A DNA stretch of 47,499 nt, taken from NCBI RefSeq assembly GCF_001194135.2, contig NC_068985.1, positions 80,621,999 to 80,669,497 of the forward strand. Direction: 5' to 3'. Below are positions 39,817-47,499 of this stretch, in pieces; position 1 is the first letter of the stretch; the number at the start of each line of letters is the position of its first letter. Below the pieces are notes generated by a model that worked only from the letters and a program-made list of their open reading frames with translations, was not told the DNA's origin and searched no databases. Both the position numbers and the translations under genes were made by a program. Origin of the DNA: Octopus bimaculoides. Lineage: Eukaryota.

Positions 39817-40217
39817 CTTTCTGTGCCCTATCAGTATTTGCGAAGGGAAGTCATCCTTCCCATCGTCAACCTAACGTGATATGCACGGACCCAAGTTTCT
39901 GGGTATTTACCCTTCTTCAGCACATGACAATCACTGATCTTCGATGCGAAGGAGTCCCAATGCAAATACATATATATCCTTTTTCCGTTGACAAAAAGTC
40001 ACTAATCTTGAAAAAGTGTAAACAAGCAATAATAAATCTCTGAATGAGGTATAAACAGTAGCTGCATGACAACGTGAGACTCCTTCGCATCGAAGGCCGG
40101 TGATTGTCATGCGCTGACAAAGGGTAAATGCCCAGAAACTCGAGTCCATGTGTATCACGTCAGGTCGATGATGGAAAGGATGACTTCCCTTTGCAAATAC
40201 TGATAGGGCACAGAAAG
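39817..40217. mobile_element. Foldback/MITE with ~142-bp inverted arms
   Basis: 39817-39958 is the reverse complement of 40075-40217 at ~87% identity (about 18 differences, nearly all transitions); ~115-bp spacer; flanked by TGT on both sides. Confidence 0.9.
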
Positions 40218-42589
40218 TGTGTTAATAGCCAGCTGGAGAAGGTGTTCTCCTGGGGCTACAAGCTACAGTAGCATCTACCCTTAGTGGTTAGCCACATTTA
40301 AGTGGCAAATATATTTCAGTACTGGTTTCGGTCATTGAGACTTTTTCAACTGTAAGTATGGAAAACAATTAAATTTTGGAAAAATTAAAAGAAAAGTTTT
40401 TTAAAAGAATATTTGCATAGTAGTCAAATACAAGAGGCATTTTCCTTGTTTCTGCCTCTCTCTGTCTCTCTTGTTTACTCTCGTGGGTTTGAGGTCATTG
40501 TGAATTCTTGGCAGAGGAGAAGAAGAAAAAAAAAAATGCAGGAGTGCTATGATAGNNNNNNNNNNNNNNNNNNNNNNNNNNNNNNNNNNNNNNNNNNNNN
40601 NNNNNNNNNNNNNNNNNNNNNNNNNNNNNNNNNNNNNNNNNNNNNNNNNNNNNNNNNNNNNNNNNNNNNNNNNNNNNNNNNNNNNNNNNNNNNNNNNNNN
40701 NNNNNNNNNNNNNNNNNNNNNNNNNNNNNNNNNNNNNNNNNNNNNNNNNNNNNNNNNNNNNNNNNNNNNNNNNNNNNNNNNNNNNNNNNNNNNNNNNNNN
40801 NNNNNNNNNNNNNNNNNNNNNNNNNNNNNNNNNNNNATATATATATATATATATATATACACATAAATACTGCTAAGCTCTTATTCAAGTGCTCTACTAG
40901 TTTTGTCAGCCTGGTCTATTTGTGGGCTCTAATTCTTGTTTTGTCAACATATTCATCATTAGCTCTGTTATATCACCGATGGTTAGGTGTTTAGATATGA
41001 TGCAGTTATTTTGCTAGGTGTAATGTCTGTTAATTTGTAGCCAGGTCTTCTTTTAATGCCAGAATATAAAGAAGACATTTCAAATAAGAGATATGAATTG
41101 CTTCAACCAACCATAATCATGCCAATAACAAATTAAATGTTGATGTATTACACAAGATCAATGATTGTGAAAGGAATGTGAGGCCAAGAGGGGAAAGCTC
41201 CCTAAAGCAGTGGACATTGAAGCTACAATAGAATAATCACACAATAGAAACACTTGTGTGGAATAATGATCTAATAGGGGAAGCAGGAAAAATGAAATAT
41301 GGAGAAAAATAACTAGATAACATATTAAATGGTGTATCTTGAATTTATCTGTTGTAATATTTACCATTAGTCACTCTAAAGATATTTCCTGCAGCTAAGT
41401 TTCTTATCTGGTTATTTATTGAAATTTCTGTAATCTTGTGAGTAAACTCTTCTCTAAATGACTAAATATTTTTCACACCTTTTAGTTTGTAATTATATCA
41501 TTGCATGCAAGATCTACATGTGAAATAAAATGTATTTTTATTATTTTTGGAAAGGGTTATTAACAATGTTAAGTTAATGAAGAAAATAATCAGTAATATT
41601 TAAAATCTTTGTTGGAACTAAGAAAAAAAAAACCCCAACTGATTTCAAAAAGAAAAAAACAACAAAGTATAGAAAAACAAAGTATGCAAAAACACATTTA
41701 TAATGCTTCATTTATAAATATTTAAAGCAGCAACTGCTTAATGAAACCTTTGTCAAGTAAAGATATATAAATTTTCTCTCAGAAATTGCAATTAAATTTA
41801 ATCTTTGAAACCAATTCAATTTTTAATTTAATACTTTCTCTGTTTGAATTAACTTAGAAAAGTAGCCAGCCAATTTAGTTAGCAGGAACAATATTAACAT
41901 AAAATCTTAACTAGATAATGAGTTGTCAAAATAATCTTAAAAGGAATTATTTGGCACCAATTAAAGAAAAAGTGTATAAATATATAAAAGTAAATGGCTA
42001 TTTTGTAAGGATTCCATGTTTGTTGATGAAGTAAAATAAGATAATTGCTTCTGAGAAATATATCATTTAAGTGTTAATTGATAGAAAGAAAATTAAAGAT
42101 AACCCTTTTAGTAATGTTGAAAGAATGTGTTATGTCAGTATTTCTTAGACTGATGATTTTATAAAGAAAGGGCCCTGCCAAGTGTAAATTTGATTATGAA
42201 ATTTGTTTAATGCAAAGTTACTGATTTTAGAGTGAACATATGATATACTTTCAAGTAGTTATTCATTAGTTCTTTCACTTATAATAATATAAAGAATTGT
42301 GTAGAATTTGTTTTTCTTTTGCATATTAGTTCAAAATCACATGTTTTGTACTTATGTTAGCTCCTGCAATCTTTAGTATTTTGATGATCCTTAACTGAAT
42401 ACTTTATGTTAAGTATGAAGAACAAGTAACTTTGGGAGAATTCATTTCTCTCTAGGTTACCAACTGCAGTGGTAATTACAGCTACATAAAGTAAAATGAC
42501 AGAATTGGGGATGATGTCCGCATAATAGATTATATATTTATTACAACTCTAGTACACTTGCACAGTGTACTATTGATATTGCATGATTC

Positions 42590-42770
42590 CAGATCAACTC
42601 TGACCAAGCAGACCTATGGCCTGTCGATATCAATTAAAGTTCAACCAAATCCTCTCCAGATTTCTTACTTCTTCTGGTATACTGTATTCAGGATTGCATA
42701 ATCAAGTGTATCTCTTCTTTTTTTAAGACAGTTGCATAAGAGCTAAAAGTGATTGTAGAAGGTCAAGCAA
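42590..42770. mobile_element. Old interspersed repeat (family D)
   Basis: ccagatcaactctgaccaagcagacctatg...ttcttttttaagacag, similar to 18745-18965. Confidence 0.5.
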
Positions 42771-42899
42771 GTATGTAGACCATGTAGAGATTCACTTGAT
42801 AGCCATCTGCTGATGCTGATATCATTGTTATATTTGTATTAACTGGAACTATTTACTATTTTGGGACTAGTAACTCATTGGTAGCAATGATGTATGATC

Positions 42900-43030
42900 T
42901 CATCCTTTTATTGTCTACTGTTCCATGCTTGCATGGGTCAGACAAGATTTGCTGTGGCAGATTTCCTATGGTGGATGGTCTCCTGCTATCAACCTTCACC
43001 TGTTTCCAAGCAAGGTAATATTTTGCAGAA
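42900..43030 (-). mobile_element. SINE tail fragment
   Basis: cacctgtttccaagcaaggtaatat is the reverse complement of 14796-14820. Confidence 0.7.
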
Positions 43031-43351
43031 GTTGCACCATTTTTACAAGGAAAATTGTTACTAAACATGGCCACTTGTATGAAAATTGAGTTTATTTACA
43101 ATTTGAGCATGCTGACAAGACAAGGACTCACACATACACATACATGCATGTATATATTATACACATACACATAAATATACAAGCACACACATTTATACAC
43201 ACAGACACACATATATAAATACATATGTTTCTATGGAAACATGAAATTTTTAAGCATATAGAATCGATTAGACCTTAGGGTATCGTATGTACATAGTGCC
43301 ACCCGTACGTTTAAGTATTTTAGAAAGTAGCACTTTATTGATCTTGTGATT

Positions 43352-45910
43352 TAAAACCTATGATGTACCTCTTAGTTTAAAATCAGTGCATAGTTAGCAT
43401 GTCCTACAGTATTAATATTCCTTTAGTTACTAGAATATCAGTCATTATAGATACAAGCTAAATAAGTAAATAAACAATTTTTTTAGTTTTAAATACCTGA
43501 ATTATTATATATTATATATTTTCTATAAATCTTCTCTATTGATGTTACTAAGTTGGTATATATATTTCATCATGATCTTTCGTGATTAAGCTATTTTATA
43601 TCCTTTTCTATGGTGTTCTACCCTACCTGATCATTTTTTAATACTTTATAATTGCCTTTAGATAAACCTAAATTTTTGTACCCTTATAAATTCATACTTA
43701 GCTTATATAAAACAATATGGGTATCTTCACAACTTAAAATTAAACTGCTTAGATTATAATTTAATTAATTTATAGTAAATTTGTTCTTTCACCTCAATGC
43801 TAAATCTTCCTGATAACCCTAAATTTTAACTTTATACAATATGGATATATTGTTTAAAAGAGTTTTAGTAATTAAGTCTTTTATCCCTTTCTTAAAGTGT
43901 CCAGTCCTCTTGATCTTAGTATTTATAATTGGCTTTATACAAGCAGCCCTTCTAATTAAGTACCCCTAAGAAGCTGTAATATCATGTATCGATTAACACT
44001 AATAACCTTTAAAATCTATATTATACCGGGGACCCCCTTCGGTCACAAATGACCATGGGATTGCACCGAGAAAGTTACCCTCCGAGGCACAAGTCTGGGC
44101 AAGGTTGTTTATGGAAGACCAGCAGTTGCCCATGCATACCAGCCTCCCCTTTCCACGCCACCGATGATATCTAAGGGAAAGGCAAAGACTGATACAGCTT
44201 GGCACCAGTGACGTCATAACTCATTTCTACAGCTGAGTAAACTGGAGTAAAGTGCCTTGCTCAAGAACACAACACACAGCCTAGTCCAGGATTCGAACTC
44301 AACTCACAACTTCACGGTCGTAAGTTTGATGCCTTCACATATTATACCTCTTAATTTAATTTAATATTAGTATATAATTAGCATGTCCTTTTAACAACAA
44401 TTATTCTTTTAACCAATACCGGGTTTCAGTCTTGATTGAAATAAGCTAAATAAGTTAATAAACAATTTTTAGCTCATAATACTTAAATTATTATACATTT
44501 TCTATAAATCTTCTCTATTGAAGTTTATAAGGTATAGATATTTTATTATGGTTTTAGTGATTAGGCTATCTTTATTCCTTTTCTATGGTGCACTACCCTA
44601 ACTGATCATTTTATTATTTTATAGTAGCCTTTAATAAATATAATCTTTGTACCCCTATTAATTCATACTTAGCTTATATAAGACAATACTGGTATCTCCA
44701 CAACTTAAAATAGTTCGATTTAATTAAATTAGTATAAAGTTAACATGTTCTTTAACCTCAGTGCTCCCTTATTAAATACCAGTTAAATCCAATTGATCAA
44801 TCTCCATAGATACTATCTAATAAGTTAATATTTAGATAAATAATAAGTATAAAAAATATCAAACTATTTCTTTGTAATTTTCTTTTCCTCCCTCTATTGA
44901 GGTAAAATTTGGTATATACTCAAAAGTATTCAAAGAAGTTTTATCCTTTTGTTAAAATTTCATTCTTAATAATCTTCTTGATTATCCTTAATTTTAACTT
45001 TATACAATAAGGCAATATTGCTTGAAATGATCTTTAGAAATTGCTTGATTTATCCCTTTCTTAAAGAGCTCTACCCTCCTGATCTTAGTATTTATAAGGG
45101 CCTTTATATAAATAACCCTTCTAATTAAGTACCCCTAAGAAACTATAAATGTTATGATTGGAGTAATAATAATAACTTCTTAAACCTATAATATAACCCT
45201 TAGTTTTAAAAAATATAAAAAAAAATAGTGTAAAATTAGAACGTCCTATAACTTTAGTATTCCTTTAGCTAATACCAAGTATCAGTCTTTTAATGATACT
45301 AGCTAAATAAGTAAATATATAACTTTTAGTCTAATATATTTTGAATTATTATACATTTTCTATAAATCTTCTCTATTGTTGTTAATAAGCTACATATACT
45401 TTATCATGTTTTTAGTGATTAAGCTATTTTATTCCTTTTCTATGGTGTTCTGCCCTACCTGATTATTTTATTTCTTTATTATTTTATAATTAGTCTTTAT
45501 TTATTTATAAAATAAATCTAATTTTTATACATCTATTAATTGACACTTAGCTTATATAAAACAATACTGGAATATTCACCACTTATAATAAACTGCTTAG
45601 TTTATAATTTAATTGATGTATAGTTAGCATGTTCTTTTACCTCAGTACTCTTTTATTAAATACCAGTATATACCAATTAATAAATATTCACAGATATCAT
45701 CTGATGAGCTGGTATTTAAGTATATAATATGTATAAATATTAAACTATTTCTGGATAATTTTCTTTTCCTCCCTCTATTATGGTAAAAGTTTGGTATATA
45801 CTCAAAAGTATTCAAAAATTTTTTATCTTTTTGTTATAATATTCTTCTTAATAATCTTTTGATTAACCCTAAATTTTAACTGTATACAATATAGCAACAT
45901 TGTTTAAAAT
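43352..45910 (-). pseudogene. About 2.7 tandem copies of an ~857-bp AT-rich unit; putative decayed coding sequence in a non-standard genetic code
   Basis: Anchor agctaaataag at 43457, 44444 and 45301. The tandem structure is certain. The coding interpretation rests on third-position-biased substitutions, 3- and 6-nt indels and TAR/CAR exchanges (see findings). Confidence 0.6.
44028..44338 (-). mobile_element. tRNA-derived SINE inserted into repeat unit 1 with a perfect 10-bp TSD
   Basis: ATATTATACC at 44018-44027 and 44339-44348; minus strand has B-box gagttcgaatcc and core tgtgttcttgagcaaggcacttta. Confidence 0.92.
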
Positions 45911-46606
45911 ATTTAACTATAGTACTACATGATAAGATTTCCCATGTTTCATTATCAATGGTCTGCTAGTGGCCGCCCCCTTAATTGTCAGTTAACATCT
46001 TGATTTTTATGACTATACAGACTATGATTTCTGTCTGCTCTCTCAGCCCTACCCCTAACAGACACTGCCCCTTGTTCTCTTGGCCTTAGATATAAAAGGA
46101 TTTGATAAAACTAGTCTATAAATTAAAACTGACCCCATAAAAAGCAGTGACAAGCAAAAAATCTGTAACAAGTTTTTTTTTCCTGATACCTTAGTAGCTT
46201 CTAAGCAGAAGGGGAGGCAGCATGTTCTTTGTCTATCTCCTTAACTTCTTGGAGATTTTAGGTAAAATTATACTAATCTGTCCATCTGTTTTAATTTAAT
46301 TAAATTCTATGTCTTTCTACAGCTAAAAATTGCTCTGCATTTTAAATTGATGTAATGATTGCATTGTTCAATTAAATGGAGTTGTGTGAAATGATCATAC
46401 TGCATTACCTCTGCATATCCTTGTTGCTTATTTTGATTTTAATCACCTTATTTTGAAATTGTATGGATAATACTGTACTAAATTCTGGTGCCTCAACTCA
46501 AGTTCCATATTCATCTGAATATAAATACATAGGTGTGTATATATATATATATNNNNNNNNNNNNNNNNNNNATATACCTAGGTATGTGTATATATATATA
46601 TACCTA

Positions 46607-46653
<47 letters not shown>

Positions 46654-46734
46654 TCATATATATATATATATATACACACGCACATACATATATATGTGCT
46701 TACACACAAACACATATATTCTAGTTAGATAGAT

Positions 46735-46895
46735 ACAATGGGTTTCTTTTCAGTTTCCATCTACTGAATTCACTCACAAGCTTGTGGCTGGCTTGTGGCT
46801 ATAGTGAAAGATACACGGCTTAAGATGCCATGCAGTGGAACTGCACCTGGAACCACATGGTTGTAGAGAAAACTTCTTAATCACACAGCCAACCT
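46735..46895 (-). mobile_element. SINE family A head fragment
   Basis: tttcttttcagtttccatctac...aagatgccatgcagtggaactgcacctggaaccacatgg. Confidence 0.75.
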
Positions 46896-47401
46896 TTTCT
46901 GTCATTAACTTTTGCATGCTTTTCTTAGTCAAAGAATCTTTTTATTATATCACAGAGGTCTTTGAAGATGCAGATCAACCAGTCTTAACATCAAAAAAGA
47001 ACAACTCCATGAGCATTTTGTTGAGGCAGGGTATTAACATTTACACACACCACACACACACACACACCACACCAGTGACCCGGGAACAAAATTTGCTTAG
47101 GGGGTGCAAACTCAGTTCCAAAATTTGGCACTACTGGAGAAGTGTGGATCCAAATTCTGGGAGTGTGCATGTCACAAATTTGCGCATTTAGTCGAATTTA
47201 GCACACAGGTAAAAAATGAGACGCGCGCTACTTGCTGTAAATGGAGGGTTGGTTATCCATCTAATACAAGAAGAAAATTGCAGATAAATTGAATAAAAAC
47301 ATGAAAAATAACAAAATGATATTTCATTGAAAAGTAAACCATTCTGAAAGATAGTTCAGAATGTTTTCAAAACATTTATCTCCAACTTTTCCCATATTTT
47401 A

Positions 47402-47485
47402 TTAAGGGTTAGGGATTATGATTAGGGTTTAGGGTTAGGGTTTAGGGTTAGGGGTTAGGTTTAGAGTTAGGGTTTAAAGTTAGGG
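47402..47485 (+). repeat. Degenerate telomere-like (TTAGGG/TTTAGGG/TTAGGGG)n array
   Basis: About 10 variant units, followed by non-telomeric sequence. Confidence 0.85.
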
Positions 47486-47499
47486 GAGATGAATGTTTT

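Noticed and set aside
45301-45480. Plus-strand mitochondrial membrane-protein reading of the array
   Set aside because: A hydrophobic plus frame is open only locally. Elsewhere the plus frame that shares the wobble position has many conserved TAA, and its first/second-position ratio is inverted.
43230-45910. Mitochondrial rRNA or control-region NUMT
   Set aside because: AT richness and strand skew suggest it, but no universal 12S/16S motifs (e.g. GACGAGAAGACCCT, GGATTAGATACCC) are intact, and the tandem 857-bp organisation with codon-like divergence does not fit

Overview
AT-rich, repeat-dense animal genomic DNA from a gapped short-read assembly. It is most likely an octopus (inferred from the tRNA-SINE, Nin-type SINE, RTE and Penelope repertoire plus abundant (TA)n/(CA)n tracts). 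The only recognisable host coding sequence is one 116-nt exon of a kinesin-2 KIF17/OSM-3-like gene (9754-9869, +), so most of the window is probably intron. The rest is SINEs, RTE and Tx1/L1-like LINE fragments, a Penelope-like RT fragment, an internally deleted mariner, a foldback element and micro/minisatellites. Nearly all ORFs in the supplied track are microsatellite, gap or antisense artefacts. The most striking observation is at 43352-45910: about 2.7 tandem copies of an ~857-bp AT-rich unit whose copy-to-copy differences look like codon evolution on the minus strand, although TAA, TAG and TGA are conserved in frame. This suggests a decayed foreign gene written in a reassigned genetic code (TAR=Gln, possibly TGA=Trp); an inserted host SINE with a 10-bp TSD argues it is integrated. 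Also notable are a 76% GC hairpin-rich island (19305-19472), a 400-bp foldback, and a degenerate TTAGGG array at the window end.
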